Of a DNA stretch of 56,569 nucleotides, positions 1-11,197 are shown piece by piece. Both the position numbers and the translations under genes were made by a program. Each line of letters starts with the position of its first letter. Positions within the stretch are counted from its first letter, which is position 1. Below the pieces are notes generated by a model. It ran no database searches and had not been told where the DNA came from. It worked only from the letters and a program-made list of their open reading frames with translations. Source of the stretch: Synechococcus sp. (GTDB lineage: Bacteria; Cyanobacteriota; Cyanobacteriia; PCC-6307; Cyanobiaceae); NCBI GenBank assembly GCA_012270465.1, contig JAAXIH010000103.1, positions 1-56,569 on the forward strand, in the 5' to 3' direction.

Positions 1-2
1 CC

Positions 3-878
3 GAAACCGGCGCTGGTCAGCACGGCGTGGCCACCGCCACCGTGTGCGCGCGCTTTGGCCTGGAGTGCGTGGTCTACATGGGCGCTGAAGACATGCGCCG
101 TCAGGCCCTCAACGTCTTCCGCATGCGTCTGTTGGGCGCCACGGTTCAACCGGTAACCGCTGGCACCGCCACCTTGAAAGACGCCACCAGCGAAGCGATC
201 CGCGACTGGGTGACCAACGTCGAGAACACCCACTACATCCTGGGCTCGGTGGCTGGTCCGCATCCCTACCCGATGCTGGTGCGCGACTTCCACGCCTGCA
301 TCGGCCGGGAAACCCGCCAGCAATGCCACGACGCCTTTGGCCGGCTCCCCGATGTGTTGTTGGCCTGCGTGGGCGGCGGTTCCAACGCCATGGGCCTCTT
401 CCACCCCTTTGTGGGCGACACCAGCGTTCGCCTCATTGGCGTCGAAGCCGCCGGTGAAGGCGTCGCCAGTGGTCGCCATGCCGCCACCATCACCGAAGGA
501 CGCACCGGCGTGCTGCATGGGGCCATGAGCCTGCTGCTGCAAGACGGCGATGGCCAGGTCATCGAGGCCCACTCCATCAGCGCTGGCCTCGACTACCCCG
601 GCGTTGGGCCTGAGCACAGCTACCTGCAGGAGATCGGCCGCGCCGAATACGCCGCGGTGACCGACGAGCATGCCCTCGATGCCCTGCAGCTCCTCAGCCA
701 ATTGGAAGGGATCATCCCGGCTCTGGAGACCGCCCACGCCTTCGCTTGGCTCGACAGCCTCTGCCCAACCCTGGCGCCGGGCACCGAAGTGGTGATCAAC
801 CTCTCGGGCCGCGGCGACAAAGACGTGAACACCGTGGCCGAACGCCTCGGCGATCAACTCAAGCCAGCAGACGGCTGA
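3..878 (+). CDS. trpB: Tryptophan synthase beta chain (5' end lies outside the window)
   Basis: Frame is open from the window edge ([11 protein letters not shown]); TrpB motifs [22 protein letters not shown] and NLSGRGDKD. Confidence 0.97.
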   Translation, partial: ETGAGQHGVATATVCARFGLECVVYMGAEDMRRQALNVFRMRLLGATVQPVTAGTATLKDATSEAIRDWVTNVENTHYILGSVAGPHPYPMLVRDFHACIGRETRQQCHDAFGRLPDVLLACVGGGSNAMGLFHPFVGDTSVRLIGVEAAGEGVASGRHAATITEGRTGVLHGAMSLLLQDGDGQVIEAHSISAGLDYPGVGPEHSYLQEIGRAEYAAVTDEHALDALQLLSQLEGIIPALETAHAFAWLDSLCPTLAPGTEVVINLSGRGDKDVNTVAERLGDQLKPADG

Positions 879-1857
879 GGGTTCCAGCCACCGCCTCAAC
901 GGCAGCCAAGGCCGTGGCGTAGGCCATGCGCATCGGCCCCACCAAGGCCACGCTGCCCTCTCCACCAGAAGCGGTGGCGTAGGGGGCTTGCACCACAGCG
1001 CAGCCGCTTAGGGCCGGATGGGGGTGTTCCTGGCCAATCCACACACCTCCGCTGGCGGTGGCCATGGCGGTTGCAGGGTTGAGCAATTCATGGGGCTGCT
1101 GCTCCACCAGTTGCAGCAGGGGCCTCAAGCTGGTGGTGAGCTGAAATTCGGGCTGACACAGCAAGCCCGCCAGGCCAGTGGTTAACGCTCCCTCGGCTTG
1201 ACGATTGCGGCCGCGGTTGTGGCTGGCCAAGGCTTGTTTGAGCGGAGCACCCACGCTCTGCAAGTGCGGCGGCAGGCCACTCCAGTTGATGGCGCTGTTG
1301 GACAACTGCTCATTGAGCCAATGCTCCAGGGCCTGCAATTGGGCCCCGCTATCTGGCGGCAGGCGCAAATTGAGGCTGCTGCTGGCCGCCGAACTCTCAA
1401 CCAAAAACACCAGCAAACGATCGCCACTGCGCACCAACCGCAGGGCTTTGAGCTGGGGTTCTTGCCGCTGCGGGCGCGTGATGATGCTCATCAGCCCGGT
1501 GAGATCGGCCAAGCGGCGGGCCAGGTGGTGGAGCAAATCATCGAGAGCCGCCCACTGCAGGCTCAGTTCGGCCAGCTCCCGTTGCAGCTGCATCACCGCC
1601 CCTCCGGGTTCAGGCAGCAACGCGTCCACAAATTGGCGGTAGCCCTTCGGGCTCGGCACACGCCCGGCCGAGGTGTGCGGCTGGGTCAACAGTCCCTTCT
1701 GCTCCAGCGCTCCCATGGCCGAGCGCACGGTTGCCGGGGAGGCATCCAAACCAAACCGCCGCACCAAGGTGCGACTCCCCACCGGTTCCACCGTGTCGAC
1801 GTAGTGCTGCACCGTGGCCTGCAACACCTGCTGCTGGCGGCGGGGCAGAGGAAGCAC
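859..1857 (-). CDS. hrcA: Heat-inducible transcription repressor HrcA
   Basis: N-terminal [31 protein letters not shown] and C-terminal VGPMRMAY. Confidence 0.93.
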   Translation of the reverse strand: MLPLPRRQQQVLQATVQHYVDTVEPVGSRTLVRRFGLDASPATVRSAMGALEQKGLLTQPHTSAGRVPSPKGYRQFVDALLPEPGGAVMQLQRELAELSLQWAALDDLLHHLARRLADLTGLMSIITRPQRQEPQLKALRLVRSGDRLLVFLVESSAASSSLNLRLPPDSGAQLQALEHWLNEQLSNSAINWSGLPPHLQSVGAPLKQALASHNRGRNRQAEGALTTGLAGLLCQPEFQLTTSLRPLLQLVEQQPHELLNPATAMATASGGVWIGQEHPHPALSGCAVVQAPYATASGGEGSVALVGPMRMAYATALAAVEAVAGTLSRLLA

Positions 1858-1890
1858 GGGCGAAGGCGAAGGACCTGATCGTACGCAAGC

Positions 1891-2235
1891 TCAATAGCGG
1901 GGCACGGCCGGATCCACCAACACGCTCCAAGCGTCAATGCCACCCTCCAGGTTCCAGACCTGAGGCACCTCCTGGGTTTCCATCAGCCAACTGGCGAACT
2001 GCCAACTGCGGATGCCCGCATGGCAGAGCACCACCAGATCGCGGCCTCGGTCCAGGCGCTCCCAAAGCTGCGGCAGCCACTGCTGTGAACCGCTCAGCGG
2101 CAGGTGAACCACACCAGGCAGAGCAGCCATCTCCAGCTCCTGCTGCTCGCGCACATCCACCACCTGCGGCGGCTGCGTGGAGGACAACCAGCGCTGCAAC
2201 TCGGGCGCAGAGATCGACGTTGGTGCGTTTGCCAT
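1891..2235 (-). CDS. Rhodanese-like domain protein
   Basis: VDVRE, LCHAGIRS and NLEGGIDAWS motifs; start placed at ATG 2235. Confidence 0.88.
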   Translation of the reverse strand: MANAPTSISAPELQRWLSSTQPPQVVDVREQQELEMAALPGVVHLPLSGSQQWLPQLWERLDRGRDLVVLCHAGIRSWQFASWLMETQEVPQVWNLEGGIDAWSVLVDPAVPRY

Positions 2236-2268
2236 GGATGATTTGTAAATCACGGCAGGGAGTGCTGG

Positions 2269-3825
2269 GTGCAGAAGCTTCTGCAGCAATCGATGGCGGC
2301 TGTGGTGGCGATCGCCATCAGCCTGGTGGGGCTGGGTGCTGCTGGCTGGTGGTGGCTGCAGAGCCAAAGCCCACTGAAGCTGCAACACCAGAACCTCACA
2401 ACACCGCTCACCACACGCTTTTTGCCGGCAGAAGCCAACTTGACGCTGATCCTGGAAGCCGACCCAGGGCGTCTACCGGATTACGGGCGAGCCGTCGCCC
2501 CCATGCGTCAGCGGCGCCAGGCCGCCGAGCAGCTGGAGCATTTGCGTGATGCCCTGTTTGCGGCTGCCGGGCTCGACTACGCCACCGAATTGGCCGACTG
2601 GCTGGGTGATGAAAGTGCTTTGGCGCTCAGCAGCGGCGATACCCCGGGCTGGGTGCTGGCGCTCTCCAGCCGCGATGACGACGGCGGCCGGCAGTTCCTG
2701 CAGCGCTTCTGGCAATCCCGCAGCCTGGCGGGCGGCGACCTCGACATCACCCGCTACCGCGGCCTTGGTGTGATTAGTAGCCGCGGTCAACAAAGCCAGG
2801 GCCGGCCCTCCACCACGAGCCCACAAGCGGAACATCCGCCGCTGGCTTCGGCGCTGATCAACGATCAGCTGGTGCTGCTGGCCTCCAGCCGCGGCCAGCT
2901 CGAAGATGCCCTCGATGCCTCCCAGGAAGAGGCCCGCAACCTGGAGGGCGATCCGCTGCTGGAGCAGTGGATCGACTCCGGCCGCCAGGGCATTGCCCTC
3001 CTGCGCGGGGATCGCCAGGGCATCGAAAGCCTGTTGGGATTGCCAGCCAGCTGGAGCGCTGATCAACCGATCGAGCAATTTGTCGGCAGCCTGCAACTCG
3101 ATGGCGCTGGAGTTCGCCTGGCTGCGCAGCTCACAACGAACGCCGGGGAGACCAGCGCCCCCCTGAGTCGGCGGGATCAGCAATTGCTCGGCAACCTCAA
3201 CCAGCCAGTCCAGCGGCTCAGCCTCAGCCGCCCCAGCGGCCCCTTGGCTTCGCTGTTCAACCTGACAGCCGCAAGCGACGACATCCTGCTGCCCGCCCTG
3301 CTGGGGGGCGATGACCCCCTTTTGGAGGCGCAACTACAGGACAACAAGGCCTGGCTGATCGGCAGCAGCGACAGCGCTCCGCCGGCCGCAAGCCTCAATG
3401 AAGCGCTGGCCAAGCAAGGCTTTGATGCCAACAACCTCGATGGCTTGCAGGTCTGGAGCCACCTCACAGGCCAGAGCGATCGCCAGGGCCAACTGCAGGC
3501 CACCGTGGCCGGTGCCACCGGCGTGGCGCAGTCCAATCGCTGGTGGAGCAACAGCCTCGATGGCTTGCGCGCCCAATTGCAGGGCCATAGCTCAGGCGGA
3601 GTACCCAGCGAGCTGTTGGAGCGCCTCAATCCCCCCAGTGGGGCCATTGCCCTGTTGGCTGCCGATGGCCGCAGCACCGCTGAGGTGCTCAAACCCTGGC
3701 CCCTCTGGCGCGGCCTGCAACTGCTCGCCGGCCAACGCCTCGGTCCCTCCCTCCACGGGGCGGCCCTGGCGCTATCACAGGATCAAAGCAGCGCTGAGCT
3801 CGATGCGCTGCTGACGTTCCGCTGA
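2269..3825 (+). CDS. Membrane-anchored DUF3352-like protein
   Basis: 518-aa ORF with an N-terminal TM segment and WLGDE and YRG motifs; usual position upstream of sixA-gltA. Confidence 0.65.
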   Translation: MQKLLQQSMAAVVAIAISLVGLGAAGWWWLQSQSPLKLQHQNLTTPLTTRFLPAEANLTLILEADPGRLPDYGRAVAPMRQRRQAAEQLEHLRDALFAAAGLDYATELADWLGDESALALSSGDTPGWVLALSSRDDDGGRQFLQRFWQSRSLAGGDLDITRYRGLGVISSRGQQSQGRPSTTSPQAEHPPLASALINDQLVLLASSRGQLEDALDASQEEARNLEGDPLLEQWIDSGRQGIALLRGDRQGIESLLGLPASWSADQPIEQFVGSLQLDGAGVRLAAQLTTNAGETSAPLSRRDQQLLGNLNQPVQRLSLSRPSGPLASLFNLTAASDDILLPALLGGDDPLLEAQLQDNKAWLIGSSDSAPPAASLNEALAKQGFDANNLDGLQVWSHLTGQSDRQGQLQATVAGATGVAQSNRWWSNSLDGLRAQLQGHSSGGVPSELLERLNPPSGAIALLAADGRSTAEVLKPWPLWRGLQLLAGQRLGPSLHGAALALSQDQSSAELDALLTFR

Positions 3826-3835
3826 CGCTGGCCCC

Positions 3836-4339
3836 ATGGCTCGAGAACTGCTGCTGATCCGCCATGGCATCGCCGTGGAGCGCGGCAGCACCGCCACCGA
3901 TGACGAACGCGCCTTGACCACCGAAGGGCGCGCGCGCACGCGGCAAGTGTTGAAGCGGCTGCTGCGCCTGGAGTTGACCTGCGACAGCCTGATCAGCAGC
4001 CCGTTGATCCGCGCCCGCCAAACCGCTGAATTGGCCCTTCAACTGGGCCTGGGCGACACCCTCAACGTGCGCGATGAGCTCGCCCCGGGCCAAGACCCCC
4101 TGCCCTTGCTGCAGGAACTGCTGGCTGAGGAGTGGAAACGGGTGGCGATTTTTGGCCATGAGCCCGATCTCAGCCAACTGGCCAGTCATCTGCTGGGGTG
4201 CAGCACCAACAGCCTGCAGCTCAAGAAAGCTGGGGTTGCGCTGCTGGAACTGGAGCCCGGGGTGCCGCAGTTGGAGCCAGGCAGCGGCCAGCTCAAGCTG
4301 CTGCTGAGCCCCAAAGTGCTGCTGGAGGGCAAAAAGTGA
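3836..4339 (+). CDS. sixA: Phosphohistidine phosphatase SixA
   Basis: LIRHGIA, SSPLIRARQTA and GHEPDL motifs. Confidence 0.88.
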   Translation: MARELLLIRHGIAVERGSTATDDERALTTEGRARTRQVLKRLLRLELTCDSLISSPLIRARQTAELALQLGLGDTLNVRDELAPGQDPLPLLQELLAEEWKRVAIFGHEPDLSQLASHLLGCSTNSLQLKKAGVALLELEPGVPQLEPGSGQLKLLLSPKVLLEGKK

Positions 4340-4388
4340 CTGAAGCTCGCCGCGTAGCCTCGATCTGGTGTGCACTGCCGGCAAAGCG

Positions 4389-5558
4389 ATGAGCGAGGCT
4401 CCCACCGGTTTTCGCCCTGGACTGGAGGGGGTGCCTGCCACCCAGTCGGCAATCAGCAACATCGATGGCCAGCAGGGAATCCTCAGTTACCGCGGCTATC
4501 GCATTGAGGATCTGGCCGCCCACAGCACCTTCCTGGAAACGGCCTATCTGCTGATTTGGGGTGAATTGCCCAGTGCGGAGGGACTGCGCGAGTTCCAGCA
4601 CGACGTGCAGATGCACCGCCGGGTGAGTTTTCGCATCCGCGACATGCTCAAGTGCTTCCCCTCGGGGGGGCACCCGATGGATGCCCTGCAGTCGAGCGCT
4701 GCATCGCTGGGGCTCTTTTATTCCAACCGCGCGCTGGATGACGAGAACTACATCCGCGGCGCCGTGATGCGCGTGCTGGCCAAGATCCCAACGATGTTGG
4801 CCGCGTTCCACATGATCCGCCGGGGTCAGGACCCCATCCAGCCACGGGATGACCTGCCCTACGCCTCCAATTTCCTCTACATGCTCACCGAGCGGGAGCC
4901 CGACCCACTGGCGGCCCGCATCTTTGATGCCTGCCTGGTGCTCCACGCCGAGCACACCCTCAACGCCAGCACCTTCAGCGCCCGGGTGACCGCCAGCACC
5001 CTCACCGACCCCTATGCCGTAGTGGCCTCAGCCGTGGGCACCTTGGCTGGTCCCCTGCATGGCGGGGCCAATGAGGATGTGCTGCTGATGCTCGAAGAGA
5101 TCGGCAGCGAAGACCGCGTCGAGGGCTATCTCGATGAAGCCATCGCTTCGAAGCGCAAGATCATGGGCTTCGGCCACCGGGAATACAAGGTCAAAGACCC
5201 CCGCGCCACGATCCTGCAGGGATTGGCGGAAACCCTCTTCAGCCGCTTTGGGCACGACCGCATGTACGACGTGGCTCGCCGACTGGAGAGCCTGGCCGCC
5301 GAGAAGCTGGGCCCCAAGGGCATCTACCCGAATGTGGATTTCTATTCCGGGCTGGTGTATCGCAAGCTCGGCATCCCCACCGATCTGTTCACGCCGGTCT
5401 TTGCGCTCTCACGCGCTGCCGGCTGGCTCGCCCACTGGAAAGAACAGCTGGGCGCCAACCGGATTTACAGGCCGACTCAGATTTATACGGGCCTCGAAAC
5501 CCGTAGCTGGCTTCCTACTGAGCAGAGAAGCGGGCACAATGGCGAGCCGACTGGGTAG
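4389..5558 (+). CDS. gltA: Citrate synthase
   Basis: [28 protein letters not shown] and YPNVDFYSG motifs. Confidence 0.97.
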   Translation: MSEAPTGFRPGLEGVPATQSAISNIDGQQGILSYRGYRIEDLAAHSTFLETAYLLIWGELPSAEGLREFQHDVQMHRRVSFRIRDMLKCFPSGGHPMDALQSSAASLGLFYSNRALDDENYIRGAVMRVLAKIPTMLAAFHMIRRGQDPIQPRDDLPYASNFLYMLTEREPDPLAARIFDACLVLHAEHTLNASTFSARVTASTLTDPYAVVASAVGTLAGPLHGGANEDVLLMLEEIGSEDRVEGYLDEAIASKRKIMGFGHREYKVKDPRATILQGLAETLFSRFGHDRMYDVARRLESLAAEKLGPKGIYPNVDFYSGLVYRKLGIPTDLFTPVFALSRAAGWLAHWKEQLGANRIYRPTQIYTGLETRSWLPTEQRSGHNGEPTG

Positions 5559-5581
5559 GTTGCCTCCAACGGTCTGCGCTG

Positions 5582-6706
5582 ATGAGCACCGCGTTCACCC
5601 TCGATTTAGAAACCGGCTTCCGGGGCCTGCTGGAAGCTGGTGGCGTCAGCCCGGGGCTGAGCCGGCTGATCTGGCTGCCCCTGCCGATGTTGCTGGTGCT
5701 GGTGGCCGCCGTGGTCGGCGTGCTGGTAACGGTGTGGCTGGAGCGCAAGATTTCCGCTGCTGTGCAGCAGCGCATCGGCCCTGAATACGCCGGTGCCCTG
5801 GGCATCCTGCAGCCCCTGGCCGATGGCTTGAAGCTGCTGGTCAAAGAGGACATCGTCCCGGCACGGGCCGATGGCTTGCTGTTCACCCTGGGACCGGTGC
5901 TGGTGGTCGTGCCAGTGATCCTGTCCTGGCTGATCGTGCCCTTCGGCCAGAACCTGCTGATCAGCAATGTTGGGGTGGGAATTTTCCTCTGGGTGGCCCT
6001 CAGCAGCATTCAGCCGATCGGCCTGCTGATGAGCGGCTACTCGAGCAACAACAAATATTCGCTGCTGGGCGGCCTGCGGGCTGCAGCCCAATCGATTAGC
6101 TACGAAATCCCCCTGGCCCTGGCTGTGCTGGCGGTGGTGATGATGACCAACTCGCTGAGCACGGTCGACATCGTGGATCAGCAAAACGGTGCCGGAATTC
6201 TGAGTTGGAACATCTGGCGCCAACCGGTGGGCTTTTTGATCTTCTGGATCTGCGCCCTGGCCGAATGCGAGCGACTGCCGTTCGACTTGCCTGAGGCCGA
6301 AGAAGAGCTCGTCGCTGGATACCAGACCGAGTACGCGGGCATGAAATTCGCCCTCTTCTATCTCGGCAGCTACATCAACTTGGTGCTCTCGGCCCTGCTG
6401 GTGGCCGTGCTCTACCTCGGCGGCTGGGGCTTCCCCCTGCCGGTGGAAACCCTGGCCGGCTGGCTGGGTCAGCCGATTGATGCCCCCTTGGTGCAAGTCA
6501 TCACTGGATCGGTTGGCATCGTGATGACAGTGCTCAAGGCCTATGCCCTGGTCTTCACAGCGATCCTGCTGCGTTGGACCGTGCCCCGCGTGCGCATCGA
6601 CCAACTGCTGGATTTCGGCTGGAAGTTCCTGCTGCCGATTGCCCTGGTCAACCTGCTGGTGACCGCCGCCTTGAAACTTGCTTTCCCTGCCGTCTTTGGC
6701 GGCTAA
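5582..6706 (+). CDS. ndhA: NAD(P)H-quinone oxidoreductase subunit 1
   Basis: [14 protein letters not shown] and [22 protein letters not shown] motifs. Confidence 0.97.
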   Translation: MSTAFTLDLETGFRGLLEAGGVSPGLSRLIWLPLPMLLVLVAAVVGVLVTVWLERKISAAVQQRIGPEYAGALGILQPLADGLKLLVKEDIVPARADGLLFTLGPVLVVVPVILSWLIVPFGQNLLISNVGVGIFLWVALSSIQPIGLLMSGYSSNNKYSLLGGLRAAAQSISYEIPLALAVLAVVMMTNSLSTVDIVDQQNGAGILSWNIWRQPVGFLIFWICALAECERLPFDLPEAEEELVAGYQTEYAGMKFALFYLGSYINLVLSALLVAVLYLGGWGFPLPVETLAGWLGQPIDAPLVQVITGSVGIVMTVLKAYALVFTAILLRWTVPRVRIDQLLDFGWKFLLPIALVNLLVTAALKLAFPAVFGG

Positions 6707-6773
6707 GCGCCCTCAAGCCCAAAGCGGGTCATGATTGACCCATCGCCTTTCCGCTCCGCCCCTTCTCGCCTCC

Positions 6774-7373
6774 ATGTTCGGCTTTCTCAAGCAGGTCGGT
6801 GACTACACCAAAGACGCGGTCAGCGCGAGTCAGAACATCGCGCGCGGTCTTTCGGTCACCTTCGATCACCTGCGGCGCCGACCGGTCACGGTTCAGTACC
6901 CCTACGAGAAGCTGATTCCCTCGGAGCGCTACCGCGGCCGGATCCACTACGAATTCGATAAGTGCATCGCCTGCGAGGTTTGCGTTCGGGTCTGCCCCAT
7001 CAACCTGCCCGTGGTGGATTGGGTGATGAACAAGGCCACCAAGAAAAAAGAGCTTCGCAACTACTCGATTGACTTCGGGGTCTGCATCTTCTGCGGCAAC
7101 TGCGTGGAGTACTGCCCCACCAACTGCCTCTCGATGACTGAGGAATACGAGCTGGCGGCCTTTGATCGCCACAGCCTCAACTTCGACAACGTGGCCCTGG
7201 GCCGCCTACCCACCAACGTCACCACCGACCCGGCCGTGGTGGCCCTGCGGGAGCTGGCTTACCTGCCCAAAGGCGAGATGGACCCCCATGGCGTCGACCC
7301 CAATCGCCCACGGGCCGGCAAACTGCCTGAGCAAGTTGCGGCGGAGCTGCCCAAAAAGGAGGAGACCAACTGA
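6774..7373 (+). CDS. ndhI: NAD(P)H-quinone oxidoreductase subunit I
   Basis: Two CxxCxxCxxxCP motifs; start placed at ATG 6774 (MFGFLKQV). Confidence 0.96.
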   Translation: MFGFLKQVGDYTKDAVSASQNIARGLSVTFDHLRRRPVTVQYPYEKLIPSERYRGRIHYEFDKCIACEVCVRVCPINLPVVDWVMNKATKKKELRNYSIDFGVCIFCGNCVEYCPTNCLSMTEEYELAAFDRHSLNFDNVALGRLPTNVTTDPAVVALRELAYLPKGEMDPHGVDPNRPRAGKLPEQVAAELPKKEETN

Positions 7374-7972
7374 TGCCCCCCCTTGCTGAAATCACCCAGC
7401 TGATCGTTTTCGGGGTGCTGGCCACCGCGGTTGTGGTGGGCGCCCTGGGTGTGGTGATGCTGCCCAACATCGTGTATTCCGCCTTCCTCTTGGGCGGGGT
7501 GTTCCTCTCAGTGGCGGGGCTCTACTTGATGCTCAACGCCAGCTTCATCGCGGCGGCCCAAATCCTGATCTACGTGGGAGCGGTCAACGTTTTGATCCTC
7601 TTCGCGATCATGTTGGTCAACAAGAAAGAAGCCATGGGGGCCTCCCCTGGCATCGGGCTGCGGCGGGTGCTGTCCACCGGGGTCTGCCTTGGATTGTTTG
7701 CTCTGCTGCTGCGCGTGGCCTTCAGCACCCCCTGGGCCACCCCTGGCCCTGCCGCCATTGGCGAAGACGCGGTGATTCGCCTCGGCGAGCACTTCTTCAG
7801 CGATTACCTGCTGCCCTTTGAGCTGGCGTCGGTGCTGCTGTTGATGGCCATGATCGGCGCCATTGTGTTGGCTCGCCGCGATGTTCTGGCCACCGACATC
7901 GGCACCGGTGAAAGCGTGGATCAAGGTCTGATCGAAAAAGCCCGCACGCCCCTTTTGATGGAGAAGCCCTAA
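7373..7972 (+). CDS. ndhG: NAD(P)H-quinone oxidoreductase subunit 6
   Basis: QILIYVGAVNVLILFAIMLV and LPFELASVLLL; operon position. Confidence 0.95.
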   Translation: MPPLAEITQLIVFGVLATAVVVGALGVVMLPNIVYSAFLLGGVFLSVAGLYLMLNASFIAAAQILIYVGAVNVLILFAIMLVNKKEAMGASPGIGLRRVLSTGVCLGLFALLLRVAFSTPWATPGPAAIGEDAVIRLGEHFFSDYLLPFELASVLLLMAMIGAIVLARRDVLATDIGTGESVDQGLIEKARTPLLMEKP

Positions 7973-7975
7973 GCC

Positions 7976-8296
7976 ATGTCGTCGATTGATATCCCCCTCG
8001 AGGCCTACCTCACCATCGCCGCCGCCCTGTTTTGCATCGGGGTTTGGGGCCTGATCAACAGCCGCAACGCGGTGCGGGTGCTGATGAGCATCGAGCTGAT
8101 GCTCAATGGCGTGAACATCAACCTGATGGCCTTCTCCAGCTACCTCGATGGCACCGAGATTCGCGGCCAGGTGTACGCCATTTTTGTGATCACCGTGGCC
8201 GCAGCGGAAGCGGCCGTTGGCCTGGCGATTTTGTTGTCGCTCTACCGCAACCGCGACACAGTGGATATGGAGCGTTTCAACCTGCTGCGCTGGTAG
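7976..8296 (+). CDS. ndhE: NAD(P)H-quinone oxidoreductase subunit 4L
   Basis: LMSIELMLN and [11 protein letters not shown] motifs. Confidence 0.96.
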   Translation: MSSIDIPLEAYLTIAAALFCIGVWGLINSRNAVRVLMSIELMLNGVNINLMAFSSYLDGTEIRGQVYAIFVITVAAAEAAVGLAILLSLYRNRDTVDMERFNLLRW

Positions 8297-8306
8297 CAAG
8301 CAACCC

Positions 8307-9254
8307 ATGGACTTGCGGCGGGTATGGGTGATCGTCCGCAGCGGCAGCCAAACCGCCGAGCGGATTGCCAACCGCTGCCGCGACCAGCTTGAAGCCCGCG
8401 GATGCGCGGTGATCTGCGCCACCAGTGGCCTAACGACCAACCCCTATCCAGGCCTGCTCGCCGATGACCGGCTGCCAGATCTGGTGCTGGTGCTGGGAGG
8501 CGATGGCACGGTTTTGAGCGCCGCCCGGTATTTGGCGGCACTGGATGTGCCGATCTTGAGCTTCAACGTGGGGGGCCACCTGGGCTTTTTGACCCACGAA
8601 TTCGTGCTGCTGGAATCGCTGTTGAGTGGGGATGGTTCCGGGCTATGGCAGCGCCTGGAGGATCACCATTACGCCCTCACCCAACGGCTGATGCTGCAGG
8701 CCAGCATTGACCGCGGCGATGGCATCCCCGATAGCGGCGATCACCACGACAAGCAGGGCCAGCTCTGCCATTTGGCGCTGAACGACTTCTATCTGCGGCC
8801 CGCCCAAGAAGAAGCCACGCCCACCTGCCGCTTGGAGGTGGAGATCGATGGCGAAGTGGTGGGGCAGTACCAAGGCGACGGCTTGATCGTGGCCTCGCCA
8901 ACGGGCTCCACCGGCTACGCCATGGCCGCTGGAGGGCCGATCCTGCACCCAGCCATTGATGCCATCGTCGTCAATCCGATCTGCCCGATGAGCCTCTCCA
9001 GCCGGCCGGTGGTGGTGCCGCCCCGGTCGATCCTGGCGATTTGGCCGGTGGGCGACAGCGCCCGGCGGGTGAAGCTGTGGAAAGACGGAGCCCTGGCCGG
9101 CGAACTGGAACCGGGCGATCGCTGCATCGTGCAACAGGCCGACCACCATGCGCGGCTGGTGGCCTTGGAGCAGCAACCCTCCTACTTCAGCAATTTGAGC
9201 CGCAAGCTGCACTGGGCCGGCAGCCTCACCGATGCCATGCCATCGCAGAACTAG
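8307..9254 (+). CDS. nadK: NAD(+) kinase
   Basis: GGDGT, LND and [14 protein letters not shown] motifs; start placed at ATG 8307. Confidence 0.93.
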   Translation: MDLRRVWVIVRSGSQTAERIANRCRDQLEARGCAVICATSGLTTNPYPGLLADDRLPDLVLVLGGDGTVLSAARYLAALDVPILSFNVGGHLGFLTHEFVLLESLLSGDGSGLWQRLEDHHYALTQRLMLQASIDRGDGIPDSGDHHDKQGQLCHLALNDFYLRPAQEEATPTCRLEVEIDGEVVGQYQGDGLIVASPTGSTGYAMAAGGPILHPAIDAIVVNPICPMSLSSRPVVVPPRSILAIWPVGDSARRVKLWKDGALAGELEPGDRCIVQQADHHARLVALEQQPSYFSNLSRKLHWAGSLTDAMPSQN

Positions 9255-9257
9255 CCC

Positions 9258-9755
9258 ATGGCCCTTGAGATCGAACGGCGCTTTTTCGTGGCCTCAGAGG
9301 CCTGGCAGGAGCTGAGCATCAAGCAGGAGCAGCTCGACCAGGGCTATCTCAGCGAAGGCCAAGAGGCGGTGGTGGTGCGGGTGCGCCGCAGCCAAGAGCA
9401 AGCCTGGCTGACCTTGAAAGCACCCACCAGCAACCCGGAAATTCGCCAGGAGTTCGAGTACCCGATCCCGCCAACCGATGCCGATGCCTTGCTCGCCCTT
9501 ACCCCCAGGCGGGTGGAGAAAACCCGGCACCATCTGAACTGCCCTGGGGGCGATTGGGTTGTGGATGTCTTTGCCGGAGCCAATGCGCCACTGGTGATCG
9601 CCGAGGTGGAGCGCTCAGACCCCGAGGCCCCCCTCACGATTCCGCCCTGGTGCGGCGAGGAGATCACCGGTCGCGGCGAGCTCAGCAATGCCGCCTTGGC
9701 CATGCGGCCTTGGAGCGAGCTGAAGGCCTATTCAAGGGGCAACAGATTCTCTTAA
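9258..9755 (+). CDS. CYTH domain protein (triphosphate tunnel fold)
   Basis: N-terminal EIERRF, QGYL, EFEYPIP and AEVE motifs. Confidence 0.9.
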   Translation: MALEIERRFFVASEAWQELSIKQEQLDQGYLSEGQEAVVVRVRRSQEQAWLTLKAPTSNPEIRQEFEYPIPPTDADALLALTPRRVEKTRHHLNCPGGDWVVDVFAGANAPLVIAEVERSDPEAPLTIPPWCGEEITGRGELSNAALAMRPWSELKAYSRGNRFS

Positions 9756-9758
9756 GAT
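9731..9758 (+). promoter_or_regulatory. Putative sigma70-type promoter of the small ORF at 9793
   Basis: TTCAAG (9731)-N16-TAAGAT (9753). Confidence 0.4.
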
Positions 9759-9792
9759 TGTGTGGTTCCTTTGAACTGGCTGATCAACAGCT

Positions 9793-9963
9793 GTGACCAC
9801 CGGTCTCTACGACAACCAGGGGGTCCTGCGCTACGCCGGCAGCGATGCTTCCGCATGCCTGGCCTACGCCGAGCTGTTTGGCCTTGAAGAAAACGACTTC
9901 ACCCTGGTCACCCTGGTGGATGAGGCCGATGGCAACGGCAGTGGAACGGCTCAGGCCGCTTGA
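9793..9963 (+). CDS. Small hypothetical protein (56 aa), absent from the ORF track
   Basis: GTG...TGA translated by hand: MTTGLYDNQGVLRYAGSDASACLAYAELFGLEENDFTLVTLVDEADGNGSGTAQAA; GC-rich third positions; fills the intergenic gap. Confidence 0.72.
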   Translation: MTTGLYDNQGVLRYAGSDASACLAYAELFGLEENDFTLVTLVDEADGNGSGTAQAA

Positions 9964-11177
9964 GCTGCCTCTTCCGTTGAGCCCAGTGGAATCACGCGGC
10001 TCACGCCACCGAGGGCTTGGATCACTTGCTCCTGCTGGGCGGCGGTGATTTCCGGGAAGATCGGCAAACTCAGCACCTCAGCGGCCAGTTGCTCGGTGAT
10101 CGGGAGGCTGCCGGGCGCATAACCCAACTCCGCGTAGGCGGGCTGGCGGTGGATGGGAATGGGGTAGTAAATGATCGTGTTGACGCCACGCTCGCGCAGA
10201 TCGCTCTGCAGCCAGTTGCGGCAACGGCCTTCCGGCAAGCCATGCTCAGCGCTGGCTGGGCATGGGGTGCAGCTGCCTCCACAGGCAGCCGATCCGGCAT
10301 CGCACGCTGGCACCCGAACCACGAACTGATTCCAGCTGTGGCCTGCTGGGCCAGCCTCAGGCAACTGAACGCCAGCACGGGATGCCAGGGCGTCTTGATA
10401 ACGGGCCGCCACGGCGCGGCGACGCTCAAGCCAACCCGCCAAGCGGGGCAATTTCACGGTCAACACCGCCGCCTGCATGGCATCGAGGCGGCTGTTGTAG
10501 CCGAGGTTGGTGTGCAGATAGCGGCGGGGCATGCCGTGGACGGCCAGCTCACGGATGCGCTGGGCCAACTCAGCGTCCTGGCAGGTCACAGCACCGCCAT
10601 CACCAGCCGCACCCAGGTTTTTGGTGGGGAAGAAGCTGAAGCACCCGGCATCACCCCAGCTGCCGACGGGGCGGCCGGCCCAGCTGGCGCCTGTGGCTTG
10701 GGCGCAGTCCTCAATCACCAGCAGCTGATGGCGCCGGGCGATGGCGGTGAGCGCCTCCATGTCCACCGGACGGCCAAACAGATGCACCGGCAGCAGCGCC
10801 TTGGTGGCCGGGGTGATGGCCGCCTCCATCTGCTCAAGGTTGATCAGATAGGTGTTGGGATCAACATCCACAAACACCGGCTTGGCACCAACGGCGCTGA
10901 TGGCCTCCGCCGTAGCGAAAAAACTGAAGGAGGCGGTGATGACCTCATCACCAGAACCAACGCCAAGGCCCCTGAGGGCCAAGATCAGCGCATCGGTGCC
11001 GCTATTGCAGCCAACAGCGTGCTCGCTGCTGCAAAAACTGGCGAAGGCCTTCTCAAAGCCTTGGATGACAGGCCCACCGATGTACTGACCGCTGCGCAGA
11101 ACATCGAGTACGGCTTGTTCGAGGTCGTCCCCCAGATCTGACAGCTGGACGCTGAGGTCAAAGGGGGGGACAGTCAT
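9951..11177 (-). CDS. DegT/DnrJ/EryC1/StrS family PLP-dependent aminotransferase
   Basis: NSGTDAL, IEDCAQA, FSFFPTKNLG..GDGG and NSRLD motifs. Confidence 0.93.
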   Translation of the reverse strand: MTVPPFDLSVQLSDLGDDLEQAVLDVLRSGQYIGGPVIQGFEKAFASFCSSEHAVGCNSGTDALILALRGLGVGSGDEVITASFSFFATAEAISAVGAKPVFVDVDPNTYLINLEQMEAAITPATKALLPVHLFGRPVDMEALTAIARRHQLLVIEDCAQATGASWAGRPVGSWGDAGCFSFFPTKNLGAAGDGGAVTCQDAELAQRIRELAVHGMPRRYLHTNLGYNSRLDAMQAAVLTVKLPRLAGWLERRRAVAARYQDALASRAGVQLPEAGPAGHSWNQFVVRVPACDAGSAACGGSCTPCPASAEHGLPEGRCRNWLQSDLRERGVNTIIYYPIPIHRQPAYAELGYAPGSLPITEQLAAEVLSLPIFPEITAAQQEQVIQALGGVSRVIPLGSTEEAAQAA

Positions 11178-11197
11178 GCAGGAAAGCTTAAGCGGCT

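Noticed and set aside
1858-2270. Possible CIRCE element upstream of hrcA
   Set aside because: Only a GAGTGCT half-site near 2260 is visible; no TTAGCACTC-N9-GAGTGCTAA inverted repeat.
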